The notes under the pieces were generated by a model that searched no databases, had not been told where the DNA came from, and saw only the letters and a program-made list of their open reading frames with translations. A stretch of 64,000 bases of DNA from Callorhinchus milii. Taxonomy: Eukaryota. How positions within the stretch are numbered: position 1 is the first letter of the stretch; every line of letters begins with the position of its first letter. The DNA lies in contig NW_024704743.1 of the NCBI RefSeq assembly GCF_018977255.1, forward strand, positions 62,560,001 to 62,624,000, read 5' to 3'. Shown here one piece after another: positions 51,897 to 64,000 of this stretch. Made by a program: the position numbers and the translations under genes.

Positions 51897-52866
51897 CCTC
51901 CCCCTTGGTGACATCATCCGCAGACGTGGGTCAACTTCCACATGTATGCGGATGACACCCAACTCTATCTGCCTCCACCCTCAACTCCAGGACCACTGCT
52001 GTTCTGACAGAATGTCTGTCGGACATCAAATCCTGGACGAGGGCAAATTTCCTACAGTTGAATGTGAACAAGACTGAGGCCCTCCTGATTGGCTCGCGCC
52101 AGCGCCTCAGCACCTCAGGCTCTGATAAGATCAACCTCCATGGTTGCACACCAACTCACCAGCCAGTCAGGAGCCCAGGTGTCTTGTTCGACCCTCAACT
52201 GTCTTTTCTTCCCCACATTCAAGCCATGACCCGCTCTGCCTTCCCTCACCTCCGTAACATTGCCCGACTCTGCCACTACCTCACCCCTCAGGCCGCTGAA
52301 ACTCTTGTTCATGCCTTCATCACCTCCAGGCTCGACTATGCAAATGCCCTGGTTGTCGGCCTTCCTAACTCCTCCCTCCACAGGTTGCAGATAATCCACA
52401 ACTCTGCAGCCCATGTCCTCTCCTGCACCAAACTCTGTGAGCCCATCTCCCCCACTCTCGCCCGACTCCACTGGTTCCCTATCCTTCAGAGGATCCAGTT
52501 CAAGATCCTGTCCTCACCTACAAAGCCCTCCATGGCCTCGCCCCACTCTACCTCTGTGACCTCCTAAGCTCCTACCAACCCGACCGTTCCCTCCGCTCAG
52601 CTCCACATACCCCAACCCACCCGCCCCACCTTTGGTGGGAGAGCCTTCAGCCACTCTACGCCAACCTTTGGAATTCCATCCCGCCTCACCCCCTCCTTAA
52701 CCTCCTTCAATTCCCACCTCAAGACCCTCCCCTTCGACCATGTCATCGGCCATCCCCCTTCTCCTCCCCTGACGCCAGCTCGGGTCTGAAATGCTGTACA
52801 CTGTCCAGCACCTTGGGAAGTCCTCCTGACGTGAAAGGCACTATACAAATGTAATGTTGTTGTTGT
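51897..52866 (+). mobile_element. L2 LINE 3' fragment
   Basis: HMYADD region, [18 protein letters not shown]2 tail with (TTG)n. Confidence 0.9.
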
Positions 52867-53149
52867 TTACATCATTGTATGAATAATTTTACATTACCAC
52901 TAGTTGATAAATGCAGCTCTGATCTTCCCCGTGCTCACACTTATGCTTGGTGGTCTGAAAGGATGAGATCAAATGGCCTGAAGGCCTTTAACGGACTGGT
53001 TTTCCTAATTTTAATGCCTTTTATTAATACATTTCTAAATTTTTTCCCTTTTTTCACCCAAGATGTATTACTTAAAATACAATCTTTTTTCACTCATTAA
53101 GAGTGGGCTCAGATAACTTATTGCGAATTAGATTACACTTGTTTTATAA

Positions 53150-53500
53150 ACAAATGATTTTGCCTCACCCTCCTTCAACCTCACTGACTAGCTGCTCGCT
53201 TCATTCAGCAAGCACCAGTCTGCTTAGTGTCCCCCACCCTATCCACTCTATTATCGGTGGTCAATTTTAGCCATTATGTCCCTGTTCTCTGGAACTCCCA
53301 GCTTTGAGTCCCTCCAATTTGCTTCCTCCCTCTTTCAAGGTACGTCTCAAACCGTAGTTCTTTAACTGCATTTTCGGTCCTCTTTCACCTTCCCCGCCTC
53401 CCTAGGATCCCATTCCCAGCTCTGGTGCTCAAACAGCGCTGTGAAGCACTTTGAGACATCCTCCTGATGTGAAAGACGCTATATAAATGTAAATTGTATT
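53150..53500 (+). mobile_element. Old L2 3' fragment
   Basis: ctctggaactcc motif and L2 tail gtgaaagacgctatataaatg. Confidence 0.65.
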
Positions 53501-53997
53501 TGTAGAGAGAGAAACCCAGGATGGCACTGGTCCGTCTATAGGGCAAATGTACTCAGGTCACATATTAAATAAATGCATATTATGGAAAAAAGAGATAAGG
53601 AAATACAGGACTATGAAGGGAGGCTAGGAGAGAGGGATTAGGATGGGTGGAGGCTCGTGGAGTATAAACACCAGCACAGACTGGTTGGGCTGAATTCATC
53701 TTTTCCTCCACACTAATGTGCACCAGGTTCGGTGCCCAAGTACTGAGAGAGCTTTAAGAAGACCTGATGTGTGAATGTGCTGTATAAATGTAAATTGTTG
53801 TTGAAGTGACTTCACTAGTTACCTGATGATCCAGTAAACCGTGATTTTTTGCACTTCATTTTAGCATGGGGCCTGAGACGTTGTACCTGGATGACCATGT
53901 TATAATGTTGTATGTTGTATATTGATCATTCTGTGCAGCATACTATACTGGAATGTATATCCCTTCCTGATAATGTTTTTAAAATTACTATACCCAG

Positions 53998-54244
53998 ATC
54001 ACTTCTAGGCATTGGTGTTGGTACAGAAGATGGTTTATCCTCCATAGAGAATCTAAAGGCCTTCATTAAGACGTTGGTCCCTCTACTTTTGGACTGTTGG
54101 GTGGAAGCTTCTCCTTCTCAGCTTGTTGCCCCCATCCCTGGTAACCTGCTTGAGCCTGAAGCCATGATGCTCATGATGCAGGTTCTCAGTATTATCCAAC
54201 TCTTGTGGAAGCTGATGCACCAACAGGACGAGACTCAGAAATTG
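53998..54244 (+). CDS. TEX10: TEX10 coding exon 3
   Basis: GLSSIENLKAFIKTLVPLLLDCWVEASP. cccag acceptor, TTG|GTAAGG donor, phase 2-0. Confidence 0.93.
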
Positions 54245-54589
54245 GTAAGGAAGGTACTCCTTTGATTTTATATTGAGGCTAACATACTACAAATTTTAGG
54301 AAAAGACAGAAATGCTTTCTTCATATAAAAACAAATTGGGTGTGCGGAAGGCCTAAAGAAAATTAAAATTTGATGGAAATTGTATCACATACGGAAGAGA
54401 GTAAATGACAACAGCCTGAACTCCGAAACATTGCTCGACTCTGTCACTACCTGTTGGGTCGCTGAGACCCTCATCAGTGACTGCTCTGCTCATTGGACTC
54501 CCCAGCTATTCCCTATACAATCTCCAGCTTGTGTGAGTAAGAGCAGGGAGTGCAGTGAGCAGATCATGTAGTCAAGCCCGGACGTGGTA

Positions 54590-55035
54590 ACTTGGCAGTC
54601 ATTGTCCTCTCCCTCCAATCGCTCTGCGAATCTAATACCCCCATCTTCACCCTGCTTCACTGGCTCCCCATTCTCCAGCGGATTGAATCAAGATCCTTGT
54701 TCTTACGTTCAAATCCCTCTATAGTCTCGCTCTACCTTACCTCTGTTGGCTCCCATCACTCAGCAAGCACTAGCATGCTTCATGTCCCCTGCTCTATTTG
54801 CCCCACCATTGGCTAACGATGTTTCATGCATTCTGCTCCCACTGTCTGGAACTCCATCCTGGAGTTTCTTCAAATTGTTTCAAGGCACATCTCAAAACAT
54901 ACCTCTTTGACATGCTTTTGGTCATCTTTCCCCTCTCCATCCGCTTTGGCTTCCATCCCCTGCTCAGCTTCCAGTAATGCGGTGCTCTTTGAGATATCCT
55001 CCCTGCGTGTTAAGGAGCTATATAAGTGTAAATTG
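54590..55035 (+). mobile_element. Old L2 3' fragment
   Basis: LHWLPILQRI motif and L2-like tail. Confidence 0.7.
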
Positions 55036-56037
55036 AATTGCAAAGACCTATTCCATCAGTTAGAGCAGAAAGCAAAAATTATTGAATCTCATATTGAAGA
55101 ATTAAAATAATACCATTCAATAGTTCAGAAAGGACTTTATCTGTGAAATGCCAACTGGAGACATTCTAGTATGTTGGGGAAGAAACTCGTATCTCTTGGC
55201 CAGTTTTGGGAAGCAGTGGCAAAATTCTGAGAGCAGGATGCATCCTGTCTTCATAGCAACAGAAATCTGAAAGCCAAAAGTACTGGGTTTGAAAAAAATA
55301 TTTTTAGTTGAATGAACCATGGACAGTTACTGTGATGTCCTCCCGATTTGAAAGGCACTTTGAATCAGGCAGGGAGCTGATCTGAATCTGCCTAACTAAC
55401 CACAGCTGTAGTTAGATACACAGGTTATTTCAAGATTGTATGCCCCTATGGCTCACAAGTAAGTTCAAAAAGCTGCCCTCCCCCTATTCCACTGAATGAA
55501 GCCAGGCTGAGATGCACATTTCAGCTCCCTATAACCAATGACCAATAAAGCCACTTTTTAATTTATGAGTTAAAAAGAGTAAAAAGTAGAATTTTTTTAC
55601 CTATCAACTTCACCAAAACCCTTGTATATTTATTACTACTTTAAAGGGCTCTACCCAAAACTGCCTTTGCTAAACAGCATGTCTTTACATTAATTTTATT
55701 TTCTATCAGATAATAGTTTGAACCTATCATTTCAAACACGGGTATGGGATCATTTTTTTCTGAAGCAACTGATTTTATACATTTTAATATCTATTAATAA
55801 TAAATTGCACGTTAATGATTGGGATTTGTGATGGCATAGGAAAAATATGAACTTAAGCATGTTTTTTTTTTCTTGAAGTTCATTGTTTAGAAATTGAGTC
55901 TTTTTTCCCCACAAAGAACAACTTCATTATATACTTTTGTTTCTATGTATGATTTTTCTGTGTAATCAAAGTAATATCCATGATAGAGCGAAGATGTAAA
56001 TGGAATAAACTGTATCCACTTATTCTGTGTTTTCCAG

Positions 56038-56150
56038 GAGTCCTGGCTTCGAAATCAGTATCTCAATGATTTTAAAAATCATTTCATTAGAAATTTTCCA
56101 TACTCTGTAATGGAGACTTTGAAACCAAAAAAGAAAGATGGAACTAAAAA
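56038..56150 (+). CDS. TEX10: TEX10 coding exon 4
   Basis: ESWLRNQYLNDFKNHFIRNFPYSVMETLKPKKKD. ttccag acceptor, AA|GTAAGT donor, phase 0-2. Confidence 0.93.
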
Positions 56151-58371
56151 GTAAGTAAATAATGGTACTCTAATGGATTAAAACTGTAGATAACATAAAA
56201 GTGACTAAAGGGCTTCGATGGTATAAGTGTTTGAAAATTGTCCTTTCACCTTTGGAACAAAACAATTTGTGCTTTTGATGTAGCATAACATCTGGAAGTG
56301 TTCTATTGAGATGGATGGAAAACTTGATCATGGGAGGGTGGTGGAGAGATAGGTAGGAGGTTGATGACTGAGGGATTTGTAGAATGAAGAAGTAGCCATT
56401 TGTGGGAGTAGGGTGAGAACATGGGTTCAGGTTGTGAGGCAACCTTGGTGAGGGAATCCTGTTCATTGGCTACCTCATTCACCTACATATTTATTTGCAT
56501 TCACTACATTTTACAGTAAATCTTGTGAAATGTTTTGCGATGCCCTCTTGATGTGAAAGGTGTTAGAGCAAATGAAAGATTATTATTAAAAGGGTTTAGG
56601 CAGTGGTAATACAAGTTTCAACAGGACTGTTGTCTACATAACAAAACTGCCAAGAATGTCCAATAGTTGTCTCATTTGAGACGCCACACACTCGAGTACA
56701 TAGCGAGAGTAGGAAATAGGAATATTATGGTGAAGCAGGAATTATAACAGTTTGAGAGTAAAAGATGTAGAAATTAATCTATCTGTTCTACATTTTACCC
56801 GGAAATGCTTGATAATAATAATGATCCTTGTATTTGATCACTTCGCTGAGACATCTCAAAGCGCTTCCCTGGATATATTGTAAAGTGAATTGACTGTATA
56901 TTTTGTGGGTGATGCTAATATTGGGTGAAATTTGGGTTCAATTGCCCAGCACTGACAACTCTTTGATAGTTACAAATTCATTAAAATTACATCTTATCTA
57001 AAGCAAATACATGGTGGACAGAATGAAGTTCATACTTCCATTGCAACACCATTATAACTATAACAGGCTGCTGCATTTCAGCACATGCATCACTTAAGTC
57101 GTGCTTCACTTATGTTTGTACCCCACAACATGTAATAAACAACAAATATTGTTCCCATCCATCTCTGGGAAAGCCACTTTGCTTCAGTTATTTATTTTAC
57201 TAAAATATAAAGCTATTGGAAAATAATGATACTGAAACAGAATAGCTGCTATTTTGAGTTTGCAGCTAAGTAGAATAAATACATCAGGTTTGTTTCAATA
57301 GCAAATGTGCATTTGTGTTTTTCATTAAATCTGATCTGTTGGCAACCAAACAATATACAGTAATAGGTTCAGATTTCTGAGGGATGACTGTTTGCAGATG
57401 GTCAGCTTATACACTTCACTGAATAAGTATTTTGAATAAAGAACTCAGTCATCAGGATAGCTTTATGACGGTATTATTAATCCTAACATACTCAAGCAAT
57501 GAAACAAAATTTATAATAATAATCCTTGCATTTGATTTAGCTCTTTTCACGTCTGGAGGACATCACAAGCACTTTGTTGGATTTACTGTAAAATGTAGTG
57601 ACTATTTTGTAGATAACCGCAGCAGACAATTTGCACACTAAATGTTCAATTTAACTGAAAATAAACATAACAAAAGTTTAGCACCCTCTGCATTTTTTTT
57701 CTTCTATTAGCTTTTCCTTAAGACATTATTTCCCTTTTTTTTCTAGCTATTTCAATACATTTTAACCTATTTCTAATTTTAAAATCTGTGTGGCCTTTCT
57801 TTTCTGCTGTACCCTATTGAACATTTTGAAAAGTAGGAGCTTTCTCCTAATTTCATTATGTACAGCTTTTCAGCCAGCCTTTGAGATGTGGGGGGAGGGG
57901 TGTGTGTGGCAGAGGTAAGCGGGGGCTCCTTGTTGCTGAGCTGGCTCCAAGCTGATGTACTTTGCAATGGAATCAAGTCAGTCCTCTGTGGCGGACTTGG
58001 TAGCCTTGTTCCTAGCCAGGAAAATTTCCTCTGGGACACTGCTGATAACAAACCAGTCATCCTGACTTATCGACAGGACTTCGAGAAGCAGTCCTGGACT
58101 GGGAGCAAGGTTGCTTCCCACTCAGCTTCTGTTAACTCTGCAAGTCAGAGCCATGATAGGTAAGGGTGGTCCTGGCTGGACAAGCAGCATGAATCTAGCC
58201 AGACAGTGCTCTCGATGATGAGCTGAACATTTTTTGGTTAAAATCCAGCAGTACCTCAACAAACCTTTAGTTTCCCCAACCGTTGGCTCGTGTCAGCCTG
58301 CACCTAATATTGAGAGTCTTGACTGAAGGGCTCCAGGACGTCACCAACTTTTGCATCCCGGGGCCTCCACC

Positions 58372-59365
58372 GCACACACACACAGGCACACACACACACA
58401 GAGAAAGAGACAGACAGAAAGACACACACACACAGAAAGACACACACACATGCACACACAGGGAAAGAGACACACACACACAGACAGAGAGAAAGAGACA
58501 CACACAGACAGAAAGAGACACACACACACAGACAGAGAAAGAGACACACACAGACAGACAGAGAGAAAGACACACACACAGACAGACAGAGAGAAAGAGA
58601 CACACGCACACAGAAAGAGACACACACACACAGAAAGACACACACACACACAGAGAAAGAGACATACACAGACAGAGAGAAAGAGACACACACACACAGA
58701 CAGAGAGAAAGAGACACACACACACAGACAGAGAGAAAGAGACACACACAAACAGAGAAAGAGCCACACACAGACAGAGAGAAAGAAACACATACACAGA
58801 CACACACAGGGACGCGAACACTCACAGATAGAGGCACACACACTCACATAGCCAGAGAGACGGACACTCACATAGTCAGAGAGAGTCATACACACACAGA
58901 CAGAGACACAGAGAGAGACACACAGACAGACAGACAGACAGAGAGAAAGACACACACACAGACAGACAGAGAGAAAGAGACACACGCACACAGAAAGAGA
59001 CACACACACACAGAAAGACACACACACACACAGAGAAAGAGACATACACAGACAGAGAGAAAGAGACACACACACACAGACAGAGAGAAAGAGACACACA
59101 CACACAGACAGAGAGAAAGAGACACACACAAACAGAGAAAGAGCCACACACAGACAGAGAGAAAGAAACACATACACAGACACACACAGGGACGCGAACA
59201 CTCACAGATAGAGGCACACACACTCACATAGCCAGAGAGACGGACACTCACATAGTCAGAGAGAGACATACACACACAGACAGAGACACAGAGAGAGACA
59301 CACAGACAGACAGACAGAGACACACACACACATACAAACAGACAGAGGAGAAGGACACACAGACA
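58372..59365. repeat. Compound (CA)/(GA) microsatellite with a 380-bp tandem duplication
   Basis: Unique markers recur with a 380-bp period (58601/58981 and 58811/59191). Confidence 0.95.
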
Positions 59366-60124
59366 ATCTCAACAGAGGGACCTCGGAGTGGAATGAAGCC
59401 CATTTCCCACTCGTGTCACACGGTGCATGCCTGTTTGGAGCCGCTCCATCCACAGTAGTGTTGAATAAACAGCCGGCAACAGCGCCAGAGCCCAATGTGT
59501 TTGTACAGGTTTTTAGCAGTGGATGTTGTAGCAGATTTCGCAGAAAAACTGCGGCCGCACTTTTCTATTGGCCTTGGTCTTCACCCACTCCTTATTCCCT
59601 CCCGGACCTTTATATTCCCTTCTTCATGTGTACATCTAACTTCTTAAATGCATCTTTACTATCTGCTTCAACCTCTGATTCTGTCACCAAACTCCACATT
59701 CTCACTACCCTCTACATGAAGAAGTTCCTCCTATATTCTCATTTGGATGCCCTTATCACGATGTCAGTGTTTCACACAGGTATATGGCACAGTGTTTTGT
59801 GGGCAAACACAGCAACCAATTTGCATGCAGCAATGTCTAACGAACAGCCATGAAGACAACAACCAATATCAGCATGAAAACATGCTAAAGAATGATTTGC
59901 AGCTAGTGCAGAGTGTGCAAATAAAGCTGACCCAAAGTCCTAACAATAAACAACTGATAAAAAAACCTGTATAGTTTGCATCTTAAATGATTTTTGGTGA
60001 ATTGCCAGTATGACAGCTGGAATCTGTTAAAAATAACTACAATTTTGTGCCTTAATAACAACAGTCATTTTATTTTCATGAGGGATGTATAATAGTTATG
60101 AGTTATATTTTTCTTCATTCCCAG

Positions 60125-60366
60125 GGAAAAGCAAGGAGCAGCAGTTTTAAATGGTGCAGATCATATTCTTGCTTTGAACCTGGCTCTGTGTCAGGTTATG
60201 GTGTTGCTCACCAATACTTCGACGGTCCATCTGGATACCGAGTGGCTGGAACAAATTAGAAAGTTTGTGACCGAAAGTTTATCAGATGGCAGGAAGCTGA
60301 GCTCTCATCAGCTGAGTGGACTGTTAATGGTCGTGTGGCGACTTGTCCTCATACAGCGGAACAGAG
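60125..60366 (+). CDS. TEX10: TEX10 coding exon 5
   Basis: DHILALNLALCQVMV...WLEQIRKFVTESLSDGRKL. cccag acceptor, G|GTGAAA donor, phase 2-1. Confidence 0.9.
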
Positions 60367-60552
60367 GTGAAAGAAATGATCAACAAAACAAATATTCTGA
60401 AGTCTTACATTTGACAGATGAAGTTTTGACCAAAGTACACATGAAGCACACATTATATATAAAACATGTTAGTAACTTCATGGTTGAGAAGTTTGGACTG
60501 ATTGCTGACTCATCATGCAGTGTTAACAAATATTTTCTAAAAATAATAATAT

Positions 60553-60866
60553 AATAATAATCCTTGCATTTGATATAGCGCTTTTCACGTCAGGAGGACA
60601 TCCCAAAGCGCTTCACAGAACACACTGTAAAGTGAATTGACTGTATATTTGTGGGCGAACGCGGCAGCCAATTGCGCACAGCAATGTCCCACAAACAGTC
60701 GTAGATTGAAAATGACCAATTTATTATTGTTTTTGGTTTTGGAGGGATTATTATTAGGTGTGTGGAGTAAGGAAACTTGCCCAAGGTTTCGCCCTCTGCC
60801 TGGAATTGAACTCAGGTCTCTCACTTGCAAAGCGAGTGCTCTAACCACTGAGCTACAGGACTCCAC
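60553..60866 (-). mobile_element. tRNA-derived SINE, full length (short subfamily)
   Basis: Near-identical to the copy at 45110-45422. Confidence 0.92.
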
Positions 60867-61241
60867 AATAAAAAATAACTAGTCCCAATGCTTATTGTAT
60901 TTTTATATATTTCTTTAAATTGTGCTTGAGGCTTCTTGTTTCCCTCTTCCACCCAAGCACATTGCCACAGGCACTGAGCACCTAAGTGAGTATTAGTTGT
61001 GTGTGAATTCTGACATTCTGAGTATTAGCTGGCTATTCATTCGTTTAATGCATTAAATGGTATATATTTGTTTGATGCATTAAATGCTATATAAATCGTC
61101 AATTTAAATTTACTGTGAAGAAAATGTGATAGAATCAATTTCAGCATTAATTATAGTTGAACTGCCTGTATAAACTTGGCTTTGTCTTAATCAGCAATTA
61201 CTTCACAAACCTTTGCTCATTTGTTTTCTACTTGTCCTTAG

Positions 61242-61380
61242 GTGCCTCAGAGGAGCTGCTGAGAGCAGTTTATACACAGTATCAGCAACAAGGCCTCACA
61301 CTCTCAGTTCGCACCCTTTTGCTCCATTTCTTTAGTGGTCTTTATCTGAGAGAGAAGTCTTCCAACCTGTTGATTTCTAG
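61242..61380 (+). CDS. TEX10: TEX10 coding exon 6
   Basis: [37 protein letters not shown]. cttag acceptor, AG|GTAATC donor, phase 1-2. Confidence 0.92.
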
Positions 61381-62244
61381 GTAATCTGGTTATTTTTCCT
61401 TATCCATTGAATGAATGAAACCTTTTCCTTTCTCCCTAATATATTCCAAGTTTTTCATAATGTTTTAATTTACAGCATGCTCTCTGTTTTGGAGATCCAG
61501 GAAAGCTCAGTGTGAATTTTGTCATAATGAGGATAAAGTTGTCAGGAGGTTTAGTTCAATTGTCTGAACAATTTCCTCTGTCCCAGAGAAGGGATGTCTT
61601 CATTTTCAAGCTATCACCTCTCTTTGAACAGTTCTCTGCCCGCTAAGAACTATGCAGTTGTTCGGAGGAGCATGAGTTTGGACCATCATGAAACTAATGA
61701 GATCAGAATTCCCAATACTATTCATTGAGGGAGACCATTTTACTTGGGCGTAGGACTGCTGAAAGCAAGAAGGCCTGCCTTTCTATGATGGAGATTGAAG
61801 ACCCAACTCACTAAAGTATCTATTTTAACACGCATGCAATACTGTGAAATATCAACATTTTTAGCTTGTAACCTTCCCTACATCCCATCCATCACAGCTG
61901 ATATTTTGGTTCATCAATTTTCCTATTTATTTGCCTTGTTTTAAATGTTTTTAAATAGGAAATGTTTTCTCTCCCTCGCATTTGTTGGAAGTTGTTATCA
62001 AATTACTTCAAAAGATGCGAACTGCAGGAATCTAACTACAGTCTCACCCCATTATAACAGTGTATTTGGTGATTTTATGAATCCCAAACACCAGGTTACA
62101 ACAAGGCTCCACTGTTTTTAGTACTCAAGTCAGGCACTAATACATGTGTATGTGTTTCAAGAGTCCTGTTTTTCCAGGTTTTCTTCAATAGCACCTGTGT
62201 TACTTGTAGATTGTTGATGTTTCTTTCCCCCTCTGTTTGGACAG

Positions 62245-62414
62245 AAGCAAGTTGCTGACTCGTTGGCTAGCAGGGTTGCCATTACAGCTTGCTCAACTTG
62301 GTTCGAGAAACCCCCTTCTGTCAGCACAGCTTATTAATGTAATACATGCTGCAGCTGCTCGTGCAAACAAAGAGCTGCTTCAGAGTCTTCAAAGTAATGT
62401 CTACAGATTGTATG
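62245..62414 (+). CDS. TEX10: TEX10 coding exon 7 (gene continues beyond the window)
   Basis: [45 protein letters not shown]. acag acceptor, G|GTAAGT donor. Confidence 0.93.
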
Positions 62415-62889
62415 GTAAGTCTGCTTTAAATCTGTATAGTATTGTAGGAGCTTATTATTGTGTGCCAAGAATGAAAAGGTTACAGTTTTTATATGACTTG
62501 CAGAAAAGTTTGCGAATCACCTCTACCTTTTATTCATGTAAATGTTGCACGCTTCATCCTTCAGCCTGGAGGTCAGTGGTTTGCATTTCTGCAGTATGAA
62601 ATTGACACGTCTAAACTCCAAAACCTTTAAACAACAATCTTGTTTGGTGCTAAAGGCAGCATAATAAGGAATAACTAAATGAGATGTCTGAGAATGACTA
62701 AACTTCTGTGCCTAAACGAGGCACAGATGTACTAAGTCCTATTTTATTTTAATTATTTTTATCATATACATATCTCAATATTTTACTTTGGAATTGGCCA
62801 GATCAGATGGGGTCATTCTATTCCTATGTTCCTAATAGAGCTCTGGGCGCTACCCTGTGTGAGGGGTGCTACGTAAATGCAAGTTGTTA

Positions 62890-63095
62890 TAATAGAATCT
62901 TAAGGCACAGAAGGAGGCCATTTAGCCCATCGTGCCTGTGCCGGCTCTTTGAAAGAGCTACCAACCTGTCCCACTGCCCCATATCCCTACAAATGTTTCC
63001 TTTTAAGTACCTATCAAATTCCCTTTTGAAAGCTACTATCGAATCTGCTTCCACGCTTTGAGGCAATGCATTCCAGACAGTAACAACTCTGGGCA
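62890..63095 (-). mobile_element. CR1 3' end (similar pieces at about 24120-24310 + and 48066-48210 -)
   Basis: RVVTVWNALP...FKREFD and the gcacgatgggc tail. Confidence 0.75.
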
Positions 63096-63122
63096 AAAAA
63101 ATATTGTTGTTAAACTACTACT

Positions 63123-63477
63123 AATAATAATCCTTGCATTTGATATAGCGCCTTATCACATCTTCAAGACGTCTCAAAGCACTTCACAGAATATACTGTA
63201 AAGTGAATTGACTGTATTTTGTGGGCGCAAAGCGGGAGCCAATTGCTCACAGCAGTGGATTTTGTGACCAGATTATTATTATTTATTTTTTTGAAGGAAT
63301 TATTACCCCCAAAAAAGCGATCCGCCAATCAACTTAACAACTGGGTTCCTACTTACTGCTAGGTAAACAGAGGCGAGTGGAGTAAGGAAACTTGCCCAAT
63401 GTTTTGCCCTGACGGGAATCAAACCCAGTTCTTTCACTTGTGAGGCGAGTGCTCTAACCACTGAGCTACAGGACTCC
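63123..63477 (-). mobile_element. tRNA-derived SINE (long subfamily with extra CORE-like segment)
   Basis: Same head and tail, plus a gcctctgtttacctagcagtaagtagg segment. Confidence 0.9.
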
Positions 63478-64000
63478 AATTATTACAGCATTGTTTCTGT
63501 AATAATTAGTTTTTAACTAGTACTAAGTTCCTAGGTTCTAATTCTGTACACCATTCCTGTGCAGCATTTTTTTTATAGTTATTTTCTTTGCTCGTCTTAC
63601 TGTTTTTTTTTAAAAAATATAGTTTTTAAGTTTCCCATTTAGTCTTGTTGAAAGTTGAAAGAAACATTTGCTCAAGGCTTGGCTCAATATACTTAGTGGG
63701 TTTCTGTGAAGTCGGGAAAATTACAGGGTAATACATTTTTTTTCTGTCAGTTGTATAAATACTAACATGTTTATCTAGGCTGTGAAAAATATTCAATGCT
63801 ACCACATGGAAATGGTGCTCTTTAAACTTTAGCAGACTTTGTCAACATTTTTACCAAACCTCAAAATTCTGTTTAGACTATAAAGTATTTATCCTTACCG
63901 CAGAGCTTTTGAAATGGATTTGGTGCATTGGTGCTTCATTGATACATTGTTTAGGCAGAATTAGCCACTACTTTCGTATTGATTTGATCTGACCACTTCA

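Noticed and set aside
58267..59329. CVSL/THTERE-type ORFs
   Set aside because: Microsatellite translations.

Overview
Vertebrate genomic DNA. The CR1/L2 LINEs and tRNA-headed DeuSINE-like SINEs suggest a cartilaginous fish (inference). Three spliced genes were reconstructed by hand from GT-AG sites and codon phase. (1) Gene L, minus strand: ATG 16109, running left to at least 2335, encoding an uncharacterised protein with two U1/matrin-like C2H2 zinc fingers. (2) Gene R, plus strand, head-to-head with gene L from the same CpG island: 17842/17881-39417, about 704 aa, with about 33 YPDQQRSDPR-type repeats. It looks like a paralog of the 3' half of gene L and has no zinc-finger exons of its own. 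(3) TEX10, plus strand: first seven coding exons, 47525-62414, continuing past the window. The rest is mostly introns filled with L2/CR1 fragments, SINEs, two MITEs and simple repeats. Main points of interest: the arrangement of one zinc-finger 5' cassette beside two phase-compatible 3' cassettes on opposite strands, the decapeptide array, a perfect 74-bp inverted repeat and a C-rich minisatellite in the probable first intron of TEX10. No database searches were run, so family names come from recall.
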